DNA of 64,000 bases from assembly GCA_965248355.1 (NCBI GenBank), contig OZ252098.1, forward strand, positions 4,416,001-4,480,000, in the 5' to 3' direction. Shown here one piece after another: positions 45,807 to 55,838 of the stretch (positions are counted from its first letter, which is position 1; every line of letters begins with the position of its first letter). The translations under genes were made by a program, and so were the position numbers. The notes beneath the pieces were generated by a model. That model had not been told where the DNA came from. It did no database searches and saw only the letters and a program-made list of their open reading frames with translations. The DNA is from Candidatus Latescibacterota bacterium. GTDB taxonomy: Bacteria; Latescibacterota; UBA2968; UBA8231.

Positions 45807-48461
45807 CTACCGGTCCGTGCCCAGTCCCGCGAAGACGGTGATGAAGGAGAGCATCTCCGAGGAGGCCCGGGCCTCCTCGAAGTCCTGCCGGATCCAGCGC
45901 ACGCCCACGTTGGCCGTGAGGGCGTACCCCTGGAAGGCGGAGGAGGAGGCGATCTGGCCGGCCAGGATCCAGGTGCTGCCGTCCAGCAGGTAGCCCGAGG
46001 GCAGCGGGTCCGGCTTTTCGCGCAGGTTGTTGAAGCCCTCGAACTCGGCGCCGGCGATGAAGGTGAGGTTCGGATTGAGGACGCGCATCGCCTGCAGGGA
46101 GAGGATCTCCGTCAGCTCCTGAGTCTTCAGCGCCGCCGGTGAGGAGGGGGTGCGGCTGCTGTAGAGCTGCTTCCAGCGCGGCACCATGTGCCAGTTGCGG
46201 ATGTCGAAGCCGTACTCGCCCTTCGTCATGACGCCGAAGAACCGGGGGTCCCGCAGACCCTCGTCTTCCGCGCCGCGCTGTTGGTGGAACTCGTGCTTGA
46301 CCTTGGCCGTGAGGGGTAGGTAGCGGTCGTAGCGCACCTCCAGGTAGGTTGTGTTGATGAAGGCGTCCCGGGCGGCCAGCGGGTCGCGGGTGAAGATCGA
46401 CCGCCCCCTCGTGCCCGGCAGGTCCTGCCACAGCAGCACGTGGTCGGGGATGTCGTCACGCACCCTGCGGGGATTGGCGATGAAGGACAGGCTCAGGCCC
46501 CGTCCGGGCATGTCCCGGGCGGCGGTGAGCAGCAGGTAGGTCATCTGGTTGTCCCGGCTGGTCTTCAGCAGCCGCTGGTCGAGCCGTCCCGCCATGAGGG
46601 TCGTGCGCGGCATGATCTCGAGCCCCACGTAGGCGTTGTACCCGCGGTTGCCCAGCTTGTACGGGTAGTCGGCCTGCGAGTCGTCCTCGAAGCGGTCGAT
46701 GACACCGTTGCTGTTCATGTCCATGCCGAAGAGGAACTCCGGCGGCTCCACGTCGAAGCGCAGGAAGGGCTCCTCGTAGTCCGGGCGGGTGTTGAAGTTC
46801 CGGTTGAAGTCGGAGATGTCGTCGTTGTCCTCGTCGATCCCCGGGAAGACGGCGTTGTCGGTGAGCAGGTCAAGGCCCTGGCGGGTATTGACGCGGGTAC
46901 CGAAGTAGCGCCGCGTCCAGTCCGGCAGCTCGTCCTGATCGTCGTTGTCGTCGACGAACTCGTAGATGTGCCTCTGCTCGTTGTCGTAGTTCACCTCACC
47001 CTCGGCGTTGGGGATGAAGGCGCGCGTGGAGTAGTCGGCGGCGAGGCTGAAGGCCTCGGCGAAGAAGGTCCACGGATAGGTCCGCTGCTGGGCGGTGACG
47101 TAGAAGGCGTCGGCCTCCTTCGTGGCCAGGGCCTGGTGGCGGGTGATGTTCTCGTTCGGGAAGCGGCGGTACTGGAAGTTGCGGACCATCTCCCCCTTCA
47201 ACTCGAAGCCGGCCACGCCGGAGACGGCCAGATCGAAGCCCACGAGACGGTTTCCGGTGGGCAGCCCGTACCGGAACCGGTGGAAGGCCTGGTTCGAGCC
47301 GTCCTTGACGTTGCCCGGGGCCCGGAGCACGGGCAGGAAGACCGGGGCGCCCAGGTTGTTCGTCTGCTTGTTCGAGGTGATCTCCACGCGATAGTCGTTG
47401 GCCAGCACCAGGCCGATCTCGATGAGCCCGATCTCGCGGAAGTCGTCGATCTCGTCCTCCACGCTGGGCGAGAAGTCCTCGATGTTGTAGGTGAGGATGA
47501 CGGCGTCCGTGCCGCTGGCCTCGATGACGCCCCGGCGGCGCACGCCGCCCTCGACGGTGGGGATGATGTCATCGGTGTGGTCCACGCCGTCGACGAAGAT
47601 GCGCCAGCGCGACAACAAGGCGCCCCCCTCGCCATCCTCGGGCGAGTCGTCGGTGATGCGCACGATGATGGAGCGCACGAAGTCGGAGTTCAGGGGGCCG
47701 CTGAGCAGGCCGCTGAGGGAGTTGTCGCCGAAGTCGGCGTTCGAGTTGCGGTGAGCGGCGTTGACGAAGGTGACGCCGGCGCTGGCGAAGTCGCCGATCT
47801 GGGTCTGGCCCTTGGCCGCCCAGAGATTCGTGAACAGGGTGGTGCGCACCGGGAAGGGGACTTCCGTCCCCGAGTACTCGCCCGTATTGCTCACCCGGGA
47901 GGAGAGCAGGGTGACGGCGTACTTGTCGGTGAGCAGGTCCCACTGGATGCCGTCGAAACGGGGCTTGGAGAAAGTCAAAGGCGTCAGGGTGGTGCGGACC
48001 CCGTCGCCCACCATCAGGGAGGAGTGGAACTGGCCCTGGTGGCTCTGGGAGATGAGAATGTTGTTGAACCAGCCGCGGAAGCGGCGGTCCTTGGCGATGG
48101 AGGAGCCGCTGTCCGACGGGTAGTCCTCGGACCAGTCGTAAATCATCCAGCCCTGGGTGATGTAGTTGCCGTACACGTCGTAGAACGGGGAGCCCTCGAG
48201 GAAGACGCTGGTGTAGCGCTGGTAGGGCTTGCGGGCGTAGTTGGAATAGCTCTCCTGCCGCCAGTCGTAGATGGAGTAGAGCCGCTGGGGCAGGTACCAC
48301 TTGCGCATGGAAGGCACGAGGGTCGAGGGGGCGACCTCGGTGCCGGTGGTGTAGTAGGGGTTCTCGAACCCGGTTTCTCGCTGGGCGTCGGCCGGCGGGG
48401 GCAGCGCAGCCCCAAGCACGGCCAGGAAACCCGGCAGCAGAACGAAGACTCGCCGTCTCAC
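45807..48461 (-). CDS. Large exported hypothetical protein, possibly an outer-membrane beta-barrel with Ca-binding loops
   Basis: GGAGGG RBS, GTG 48461, signal peptide ending 'ADA'. Asp-rich loops (DDNDDQD, DEDNDDISD, DMNSNGVID); amphipathic strands toward the C-terminus. Confidence 0.65.
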   Translation of the reverse strand: MRRRVFVLLPGFLAVLGAALPPPADAQRETGFENPYYTTGTEVAPSTLVPSMRKWYLPQRLYSIYDWRQESYSNYARKPYQRYTSVFLEGSPFYDVYGNYITQGWMIYDWSEDYPSDSGSSIAKDRRFRGWFNNILISQSHQGQFHSSLMVGDGVRTTLTPLTFSKPRFDGIQWDLLTDKYAVTLLSSRVSNTGEYSGTEVPFPVRTTLFTNLWAAKGQTQIGDFASAGVTFVNAAHRNSNADFGDNSLSGLLSGPLNSDFVRSIIVRITDDSPEDGEGGALLSRWRIFVDGVDHTDDIIPTVEGGVRRRGVIEASGTDAVILTYNIEDFSPSVEDEIDDFREIGLIEIGLVLANDYRVEITSNKQTNNLGAPVFLPVLRAPGNVKDGSNQAFHRFRYGLPTGNRLVGFDLAVSGVAGFELKGEMVRNFQYRRFPNENITRHQALATKEADAFYVTAQQRTYPWTFFAEAFSLAADYSTRAFIPNAEGEVNYDNEQRHIYEFVDDNDDQDELPDWTRRYFGTRVNTRQGLDLLTDNAVFPGIDEDNDDISDFNRNFNTRPDYEEPFLRFDVEPPEFLFGMDMNSNGVIDRFEDDSQADYPYKLGNRGYNAYVGLEIMPRTTLMAGRLDQRLLKTSRDNQMTYLLLTAARDMPGRGLSLSFIANPRRVRDDIPDHVLLWQDLPGTRGRSIFTRDPLAARDAFINTTYLEVRYDRYLPLTAKVKHEFHQQRGAEDEGLRDPRFFGVMTKGEYGFDIRNWHMVPRWKQLYSSRTPSSPAALKTQELTEILSLQAMRVLNPNLTFIAGAEFEGFNNLREKPDPLPSGYLLDGSTWILAGQIASSSAFQGYALTANVGVRWIRQDFEEARASSEMLSFITVFAGLGTDR

Positions 48462-48495
48462 GTCACCCTCCCTGAGGTGAATTCCCATCCCGTGG

Positions 48496-50901
48496 TCAGT
48501 ACACCACGTGCACGAGCTTCTGCACGCGCTCCATCCGCGCATCGGTGTCGACTTCGATGTCGACCAGGTAGATCCCCGGGGGCACGGCTTCGCCGGCCTG
48601 CCGGCCGTCCCAGGAGTAGCGGCCACGGCCGGCGCCGGAGCCGTGACTGGCCAGCTCCCCCACGAGGGAGCCGGAGAGGCTGTAGACGCGGACCCGGGGC
48701 TCGGCGCCGGTCTTCACCAGGGTGAAGGCCAGCTCGTACACGTCGTTGGCGCCGTCGCCGTTGGGGGTGAAGACGCCCGTGTGCACCAGGTTGCGCACCA
48801 GGTCCGGGCCCTCCACGGCCCCGGGCACGAAGACCCTGTCGGCGCCGAACTCGGAGGGCACCACCCCCTGCACGTGGTCGGCGTTCTCCGAGTTGAGTAC
48901 GAGGGTGCCGAAGACGGTGGGGCTCTGATAGACCCGCGTTCGGAAGCGGACCTGCACCGAGTCGCGGAGCACCACGGGGGGCGGCAGGCGTACGACCAGG
49001 GAGTCCCCGGCGACGGATCCCGCGGCCTCCACCTGCCGGTCGCCCACGGTCACCCCCACGAGCCCGGCATCCCCGCTGCCCGGCGGCAGGGCGATGACGA
49101 CCCGATCGAAACCGACGTCGCTGGCGTCCGGGGCGCCGGGGGTGATCGTGTAGCTGAACTCCTGAAGCGAGTCGAGCACCGCCTCCCGGGGCCGGATGCG
49201 GCCCGTGAGCCCCGCCTTGATCACCGGCGGGTTGGCCACGAAGGTGAGGGAGCGCAGGGTCGGCATGGCCTCCGGATCCTCGCTGAGCAGGCGGACCCGA
49301 ACCCGCAGCCACTCTCTCGGCGTCGGCGACAGGAACTCCTGTCCCGAGAACCGGTGCGGCCGGCTCCAGGTGCTCCAGGTGGCGTCGCGCACCTGCTCCT
49401 GAACGATGGGGCCGCGGTTGCGCGACTTCTGCGCCTCCCAGGCGTTCCGGTCGGCCACCTCCTTGCCGTTTTTCAGGAAGAACCGCTCGATCGTCTGAAA
49501 GCCGTTCCCGGTCTCCGTCTCCACCTCGATCGCCGTGCCCGGCGGCACGTCCGCGTCCCATTGGACGCGGCGGATGCTGAGGGCCCCCCCGAGGGGGACG
49601 TCCTCCGACTCCAGCTCCACCCGCGCCGGGTAGCCCTCGGCGTGGAACACGAAGAGCTGCACCGCCCGCTGGAACTGGGCCGGCCGCGTCACCCGCCACA
49701 GCACCAGGCGCATCTCCCGCGGCGGAAAGTTGAAGTCGAAGAGGTATCGTCCGCTGTTCTCCACCGAGGAGAGGAGGTCGTAGGCGTACGGACCCTCCAC
49801 CACCGGATCGGCGTTGTTGTCCGGCGTGCCGTCGGAGACCAGGAACTCGAAGTTGCCCCACCCGCCCTGCTTGTCCCGCTGGTACCCGTAGAGGAAGGGT
49901 CCGCGGCCGCTGACGATGGGCATCCAGACCATGCGGTCAACCCGGAAGACACTGCCGAAGTCGATGACCGACCAGACGCCGGAGTCGCGCCAGTTGCCCT
50001 TGTCGGAGCCCTCGATGTTCCACCCCCGGAAGCCCAGGTCCTCGTCGAGGAGCTCATCCGAGCCGGCGCCCTTGCCGCAGCCGTCGCAGTCGCGGTCCTT
50101 GGAGGTCCAGGTGCGCCCGCCCCAGTGCTCGTCCCCCCGCTCGACCCGCAGGTCCGTGCCCACCATGCGCGACAGGTTGAAGCCGACGCCTTCGACCTCG
50201 ATCTCGGCCAGGGCGGCCTCCGGCGTCAGGCCCTCGGCCTCGAAGCGGATGAACCTGATCACGTCGAAGTTCAGGATGGCGCTGTTGGAGAAGCTCTCCC
50301 CCGCCCGGGCGGAGGCGATGTTCTTCGTCTGCAGGTCGAATTCCACCACCGTGCTGCGGTTGTTGTTCACCGGGCGGCCCAGGCGGTTGTAGACGATGCG
50401 CTCGGCGGACCCGCCGAAGACGGGGATGCCGGGACTGACGTAGACCGAGAAGAAACCGAAGGGCCTGGCGCCCTCGGTCTCCGGGAAGATCACCCGGAGC
50501 CGGCGCGCCACCACGGCGCGGCCCAGATCGACCTCCAGCCACCACTGCTGCAGGGGATCGGCCGGATCGGGCTGCCACCAGGTCTGCGGGTCCTGGTCGG
50601 TGGCCCGGTGCGCCGTGGCCTGGCTCGAGGGCGCCCGGACGGGCAGCGCCCCGTAGTCGCCGATGACGCTCGCGGAGTACTGGCCGGCGTCGGCCACGGC
50701 GTTGAAGCTCTTGCCGAAGCGCCGCACCGTGACCCCCTCGGGCCCCACGTTGACCAGGCCGCGGGGATGGGCCCAGGTCCTGAAGTCCGAAGGCTCGAAT
50801 ACGACGTCCTGCGCGCCGCCGCCGGCCGCCGCCAGGTGCAGGGCCGCCGCCGCCGCCAGGATCCGGGAATGCGTCGTCGGGTTCTTCATGCGATTCCTCA
50901 A
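48496..50901 (-). CDS. Secreted protein with two discoidin-like domains and C-terminal FlgD-Ig/CHU_C-like domain
   Basis: 'ATDQDPQTWW..WLEVDLGR', 'FTPNGDGAND', 'WDG..PPGIYLV'; ends HVVY. Confidence 0.75.
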   Translation of the reverse strand: MRNRMKNPTTHSRILAAAAALHLAAAGGGAQDVVFEPSDFRTWAHPRGLVNVGPEGVTVRRFGKSFNAVADAGQYSASVIGDYGALPVRAPSSQATAHRATDQDPQTWWQPDPADPLQQWWLEVDLGRAVVARRLRVIFPETEGARPFGFFSVYVSPGIPVFGGSAERIVYNRLGRPVNNNRSTVVEFDLQTKNIASARAGESFSNSAILNFDVIRFIRFEAEGLTPEAALAEIEVEGVGFNLSRMVGTDLRVERGDEHWGGRTWTSKDRDCDGCGKGAGSDELLDEDLGFRGWNIEGSDKGNWRDSGVWSVIDFGSVFRVDRMVWMPIVSGRGPFLYGYQRDKQGGWGNFEFLVSDGTPDNNADPVVEGPYAYDLLSSVENSGRYLFDFNFPPREMRLVLWRVTRPAQFQRAVQLFVFHAEGYPARVELESEDVPLGGALSIRRVQWDADVPPGTAIEVETETGNGFQTIERFFLKNGKEVADRNAWEAQKSRNRGPIVQEQVRDATWSTWSRPHRFSGQEFLSPTPREWLRVRVRLLSEDPEAMPTLRSLTFVANPPVIKAGLTGRIRPREAVLDSLQEFSYTITPGAPDASDVGFDRVVIALPPGSGDAGLVGVTVGDRQVEAAGSVAGDSLVVRLPPPVVLRDSVQVRFRTRVYQSPTVFGTLVLNSENADHVQGVVPSEFGADRVFVPGAVEGPDLVRNLVHTGVFTPNGDGANDVYELAFTLVKTGAEPRVRVYSLSGSLVGELASHGSGAGRGRYSWDGRQAGEAVPPGIYLVDIEVDTDARMERVQKLVHVVY

Positions 50902-52952
50902 AAGGCGACGGCCACGGGGTGTATGCGGACGGCGGTGCCCTCGTCCACGTCGACCTCCACGCGGATCAGGTACACGCCCGGTGCCGCCGTCCGGGCGCCC
51001 CAGAGCCTGCGGACCGGTCCGGCGCCCACCCGCGCGTCGGCGATGGCGGCCACATGCCGTCCGGCCAAGTCGTACACGTCGATTCTCAGGTCCGCCCCCT
51101 CCACGCCGAAGAGCTGGAAGGCGATGGCCGTCTCGTCGTTCACCCCGTCCTCGTTGGGGGTGATGACGGGGGAGGACAGGCTCACCGGGCTCAGGACCTG
51201 CAGCTTCTCCTCGGCGGCCACCACCTGGAGGCTGTTGCCGGGCACGTCGGGGCGGGCGTCGCCGCCCTCGATGGACTGGGGCAGACTGGTGGAGGCGGTG
51301 TGGAACACGCGGCCCTCCAGGAATACCGAGGCCTGGTAGATGGCCGCCCGGAAGCGGACCCGGAAGGTGGCGTCGCGGAGGACCGCCGCGGGCAAGGTGA
51401 TGCGGAACCGCCCGTCCTCCGCCGCCAGCTCGTAGTCATCCCCCGCCGCGGCGGGCGCGCCGTCGATCTCCAGGTCCTCGAACCGGGCCCCCGGAGGCAC
51501 GTCGATCTCGATGCCGTCGAAGCCGGCGCGGCCGCCGGCGACGGTGCGGATGTCGTAGGTGAAGAGCGTGTCCACGCCGATGGGGACTTCCACGGCGGGC
51601 CCCCCCGCGGCGCCGGGCACGGAGACCTCCGCCAGGACGCTGTCGGCCAGCAGCGGCGAGAACTCGAAGGCGAGGCTGTCCAGCACCCCGAAGGCCATGG
51701 GATCTCCGGTGACGATCTCGAAGTCGAACTGAAGGTACTGCCGGCCGTCGGAGGACCGGTTCTCGTCCCCCGGCCGCTGGTACGGCACCGACCACTCGTT
51801 CCAGTTCTCGGTGTCGTCCGAGCGCTTGGCCCGGAAGCCGGCGATGCCCTCGGAATGGGGCTCCACCACGCGGGGAGAGTCGAAGTAGCTCGCCCGGCTG
51901 ACCTCGAGCTCCTGTCCGCGCTCGTCGAAGAGGAAGTACGTCCTCGGCTCGTCATCGGTGCCGGCCCGGGTGCGCAGGTCGAGCCGCACGGGCGCGGCCG
52001 GGTCCTCGACGATCTCCCCCGAGGACGACTGTCGGAACCGGGTGAAGCCCCAGCTCACGCGGCCGAGGCTGACGGGCTCGCCGAAGGAGTGCACCGCCGA
52101 CAGGTAGCGCGCCTCCTGCGGATAACCCCGGCCGAAGGCCATGAGCTCGGCGATCAGGGTCGTGCGCAGCACCTCGCCGAACTTGAAGCGCAGGAACCGC
52201 GTGAACCGCAGGTCGGTGGTGAGGGAGACGATGCTCTTGTTGTTGGTGAAGGTGCTGGCTATCACCTCCTCCAGAGGGTGGTACCCTGAGGAGCCGGTGG
52301 AGGCGGACTCGTCCTCGAAGATCAGCCAGTCCACGGGGGTGTTGGTGCGCGTCACCTCGTAGCCCCGGGCGAAGAGCTCGCGCTGGCGCTCGCTGGCCGA
52401 GGTCAGGCCGCTCTGGGGCGGGAAGAACACGACGCTGTCGATCGGCACGGGCACGCCGAGATCGAGGGTGAAGTAGGTGATCCCGTTCGGCCGCTGGTCG
52501 GCGCGGGCCCTGTGCTGGAAGGCGGCCACCAGCTCGTCCCCGTCGAACAGCCCCCGCATGAACTCCTGCGCCGAGGCGTTGGCGCCGCCCGACTGCCACA
52601 GCCGCGGGTGCCAGCCCACGATCAGCGTGTCGGCCTCGATCTGGCGCGGGCCCTTGTGCAGCGACCAGCGGAAGCCGAAGAGGTTGCGCTGGCTCGTGAG
52701 GCCCCCGGTGCGCACCAGCTCGCGCGTGACCGTGTGGCCGGGGGGGATCTCCATGGGCTGCACCGCCCCCGGGCGGACCGCGTCGTCCAGGGCGATCCAG
52801 CGTTCGGCCGCCTGCGACCAGGCGTCGCCCCGCGGACCACCGACCACCCAGGCGGCCGGGGCCTGTGCCTGTGCCTGGGCGGCGGCGGCGAGGACGGCCA
52901 GCAGCAGCAGCGGCCGGAGGGGGCCTCGGAGTCGGGTATCGGCGCGGCTCAA
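50898..52952 (-). CDS. Secreted protein with discoidin-like domain and C-terminal FlgD-Ig/CHU_C-like domain
   Basis: TTGA-coupled start at 52952; signal peptide 'LLLLAVLAAAAQA'; 'FDGD..LDLG', 'ITPNEDGVND', 'YDLAGR'; ends AVAF. Confidence 0.75.
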   Translation of the reverse strand: MSRADTRLRGPLRPLLLLAVLAAAAQAQAQAPAAWVVGGPRGDAWSQAAERWIALDDAVRPGAVQPMEIPPGHTVTRELVRTGGLTSQRNLFGFRWSLHKGPRQIEADTLIVGWHPRLWQSGGANASAQEFMRGLFDGDELVAAFQHRARADQRPNGITYFTLDLGVPVPIDSVVFFPPQSGLTSASERQRELFARGYEVTRTNTPVDWLIFEDESASTGSSGYHPLEEVIASTFTNNKSIVSLTTDLRFTRFLRFKFGEVLRTTLIAELMAFGRGYPQEARYLSAVHSFGEPVSLGRVSWGFTRFRQSSSGEIVEDPAAPVRLDLRTRAGTDDEPRTYFLFDERGQELEVSRASYFDSPRVVEPHSEGIAGFRAKRSDDTENWNEWSVPYQRPGDENRSSDGRQYLQFDFEIVTGDPMAFGVLDSLAFEFSPLLADSVLAEVSVPGAAGGPAVEVPIGVDTLFTYDIRTVAGGRAGFDGIEIDVPPGARFEDLEIDGAPAAAGDDYELAAEDGRFRITLPAAVLRDATFRVRFRAAIYQASVFLEGRVFHTASTSLPQSIEGGDARPDVPGNSLQVVAAEEKLQVLSPVSLSSPVITPNEDGVNDETAIAFQLFGVEGADLRIDVYDLAGRHVAAIADARVGAGPVRRLWGARTAAPGVYLIRVEVDVDEGTAVRIHPVAVAF

Positions 52953-54955
52953 TACGCGACTCCGATGAGTTGCGCGCTCTCGAAGGTCCTTGCGTCCGAC
53001 TCGACGGAGACGCGGCACAAGTAGAGCCCGGGCGGAACGGGCCGGTCTTCCCGGTCGCGGCCGTGCCAGGCCTCGGCATGGATGCCGGAGGAGCGCGGCC
53101 CGTAGGCCACCTCGGAGACGCGGCGGCCGGCGAGGTCGAAGATCTCGACGCCGAGTTCGATGTCGCCGGAGAACTGGGACAGGGTGACGAGGATCCGGGC
53201 CGCGTCGTTGAGCCCGTCGCCGTTCGGGGTGATCACGGAGGGCTCGACGCGGGCCTCCACCACCGGCGTCGTCTGCCGCGAGAACACGTGGGTCACGCCG
53301 GTGCCGACCGCCTCGCTGGCGTCGCCGGGCGCCACCGGGTGGGGCGGAACGTCGGGCGCGCCCAGCAGCCAGGCATCCACCGGCGTGTTGTGCTCCAGCA
53401 GCTGCATTCGGAAGAACAGGCGGATCGGCCGGTTGCTGCCTCTGTCCACCGGGGCGAAGGTCACCTCGAAGCCCCTGGCAGTGGCCGTGTGCTCGAAGCC
53501 GGTCACCGCCGCGAGAGGATCACCCATCTCCAGCCTCTCGAACACGGGCGGCGGAAAGGCCTCGAGCCGCACGCCGCGGTAGCCGTCGAGGTCGGTCCCG
53601 TCGAACTCGGTGCGGATATCGTAGATGTAGGTGGTGTCGATCCCGCCGGCGACCTCGAGGACACCCCCTCTCGGGTGCGGATCGGCAGCCAGGGCGATCT
53701 CACCTAGCGCCTCGCTCACCAGGCCGGGAGCGTAGCCGATCCTCAGCGAGTCGATGCGGATGGCGTGGCCGGCGTCGCCGTCGAAGAGCAGCCGCAGCTG
53801 CATGAACTCCCGGGGGCTGGGCCGGTCCACCGGAACGTCCATGGGACCGGTGGCGTCGATGGTCAGGGCCGGCGACCACTGGCTCCAGCTCTCGACGTCC
53901 TCGCGCACGTCCCCCTGCACGTAGTCCCGGGCCGGCCCCTGCTCCGCCGAGGGCAGGTTCACGTACTGGACGCGATCGACCTCCTCCAACACCTCGCCGC
54001 TGTGCGCGTCCACCCGGAGCAGGGCCCGGCGGGGCAGGGCTTCGAACTCCTCCCGGCTCACCTCGATCTGGGAGCCGGTGTCGCGGTCGCGCCGGAAGTA
54101 GGTCCGGGGCGTGTCGTCGGCCCCGCTCCGGACCTGCAGCACGGCGGTGGGTCCCTCGGGGGCCTGGGACGCTTCGCCTCCACCCCGGCTCAACTGCGTG
54201 GCGTGCAACTGCAGGCGGTCGAAGTTGACCGGCCGGCCGAAGGAGTGCAGCTCGGACAGGTAGCTGGCCACCGGCACGAATCCCTCTCCGTAGACCTCGA
54301 ACTCGGCCAGGTTGAAGGCGTTCTTGGACAGGACCCTGAGTTGCAGGAAGCGGCCCTTGAGAGAGGCGAACTGCAGATCGACGCTGGACTCGGTGTTGAC
54401 CTCGACCCGCCGCAGGCGCCGGTAGTTGGGCCTCCGGATATCGCTGTAGTCGGCGCCGTCGTTGACCAGGATCTCGAAGGCCTTGATGAAGGAGTCCACG
54501 TCGTTCGGGGCGGGGTAGAAGCGGATGCGGTTGATCGGGAAGGGGGCGCCGAGGTCCCAGAAGAACTCGGACCCGGCCTGGTTCCTCGCGGTCTTGTAGA
54601 CCCCCTCGGAGGAGGTCGCGGGATCGGCGTCGACCAGGTCGAGGGGGCCGTCGAGCTGATTGAAGAAGCCGTCGTTCGACCAGGCCCTGGGCTGGCCGCC
54701 GGCGACGAAGTCCGTGGGCTGGCCGTTCAGGAAATCCTGACCCGAGGCGCGCAGCAGCGAGACCAGGTTCTGGCCCGCGGCCAGCTCGAGGGGCTGGAGG
54801 CCGGAATCGATCTCCAGGGCGCCGGTCTGCGACTCGGCCTGGGAGGTCCAGGAGAGGCCCTGGCCGCCGGTGCGCCAGTACTCGACCTGGGCCCCGGCGG
54901 GGCCCGCTGCGGTGATCCACCACGCCAGCAGCGCCGCGGAGGGGGGGATCCTCAT
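52949..54955 (-). CDS. Secreted protein with discoidin-like domain and C-terminal FlgD-Ig/CHU_C-like domain
   Basis: Signal peptide; 'WDLGAPFPINRIRFYP', 'AEFEVYGEGFVP', 'ITPNGDGLND', 'PPGLYL'; ends GVAY. Confidence 0.78.
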   Translation of the reverse strand: MRIPPSAALLAWWITAAGPAGAQVEYWRTGGQGLSWTSQAESQTGALEIDSGLQPLELAAGQNLVSLLRASGQDFLNGQPTDFVAGGQPRAWSNDGFFNQLDGPLDLVDADPATSSEGVYKTARNQAGSEFFWDLGAPFPINRIRFYPAPNDVDSFIKAFEILVNDGADYSDIRRPNYRRLRRVEVNTESSVDLQFASLKGRFLQLRVLSKNAFNLAEFEVYGEGFVPVASYLSELHSFGRPVNFDRLQLHATQLSRGGGEASQAPEGPTAVLQVRSGADDTPRTYFRRDRDTGSQIEVSREEFEALPRRALLRVDAHSGEVLEEVDRVQYVNLPSAEQGPARDYVQGDVREDVESWSQWSPALTIDATGPMDVPVDRPSPREFMQLRLLFDGDAGHAIRIDSLRIGYAPGLVSEALGEIALAADPHPRGGVLEVAGGIDTTYIYDIRTEFDGTDLDGYRGVRLEAFPPPVFERLEMGDPLAAVTGFEHTATARGFEVTFAPVDRGSNRPIRLFFRMQLLEHNTPVDAWLLGAPDVPPHPVAPGDASEAVGTGVTHVFSRQTTPVVEARVEPSVITPNGDGLNDAARILVTLSQFSGDIELGVEIFDLAGRRVSEVAYGPRSSGIHAEAWHGRDREDRPVPPGLYLCRVSVESDARTFESAQLIGVAY

Positions 54956-54973
54956 CGCTCTCCGCCGATCCGC

Positions 54974-55714
54974 TCAGTTGAGGTGAGCCGCATCCTCAGG
55001 CGTGAACCCCCGGTGCACTTCCCTCACGAAGGAGAAGCTCAGGTCGATGGTCTCCACCGGGATCTCCTGGTAGTTGAAGCGCACGGCGATGTTCTCGATG
55101 AAGACGCGGATGTCGGTCACGTCGTCGTGGAGCACCGGGAAGACGAGGAATCCCTCCTTCTCCAGGCCGCTGAAGAGGATGTCCCCGGGGTACAGGGTCC
55201 GCTTGAGGATGTCCGTCCGCGCCCGGAAGTCGGAGCGGCCCCGCCCCGTGCGGCCTTGCCAGTAAGTGCGGAAGTAGTCGTAGAGCTGCGCGTAGGTAAC
55301 GGGGCCGTAGGTGCGGTTGTTGCCGGTGGTGATGTAGGTCTTGAGAGGATCGAGCAGGACCTTGGGGAACTGGTAGTTGCCGATTTGCAGGCGGAAGACC
55401 GTGAACCGCGGCGGTGTCCAGTCGTCCCCGGGGGCGGTCCAGTCGCCGAAGGTGTAGGGATTGAGGGAGGCGGCTCCCCCCTGCGAGACGGGGGCGAACT
55501 GCCGGTTCAACTGGGCGTCGGTCATCGGCTTGAGGGTGATCTCCAGGCGGTCGAGATGATAGGTGACCGAGCCGTCGTCGTTGACCGACATGCCCTCTGC
55601 CTGACGGCCGGCCGGCTCCAGGGGACCGGGAAAGTAGCGGCCGCAGGCGCTCAGCAGCAGCACGGCCGGCAGCAGCCACGGCGCGGCTCTGCGGCATCTA
55701 CCGGAAGAGCTCAT
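54974..55714 (-). CDS. Hypothetical lipoprotein
   Basis: ATG 55714; lipobox 'LLLSAC'. Confidence 0.75.
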   Translation of the reverse strand: MSSSGRCRRAAPWLLPAVLLLSACGRYFPGPLEPAGRQAEGMSVNDDGSVTYHLDRLEITLKPMTDAQLNRQFAPVSQGGAASLNPYTFGDWTAPGDDWTPPRFTVFRLQIGNYQFPKVLLDPLKTYITTGNNRTYGPVTYAQLYDYFRTYWQGRTGRGRSDFRARTDILKRTLYPGDILFSGLEKEGFLVFPVLHDDVTDIRVFIENIAVRFNYQEIPVETIDLSFSFVREVHRGFTPEDAAHLN

Positions 55715-55754
55715 AGGCGGTTCCGTCGTCGTCCTGGGAACGGGATAACGAAGC

Positions 55755-55785
55755 CGGGCCAATGGGAGGATCTCCGATTGGCCCG
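55755..55785. terminator. Hairpin between the CBM9-like gene and the lipoprotein operon
   Basis: CGGGCCAAT...ATTGGCCCG perfect 9-bp arms plus an inner GGAG/CTCC stem; weak U tract. Confidence 0.35.
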
Positions 55786-55838
55786 ACTCGCGAAGGACAG
55801 GGGGCTCATCCCCTGGTGAAAGGGTGCTGCAGAACGGC

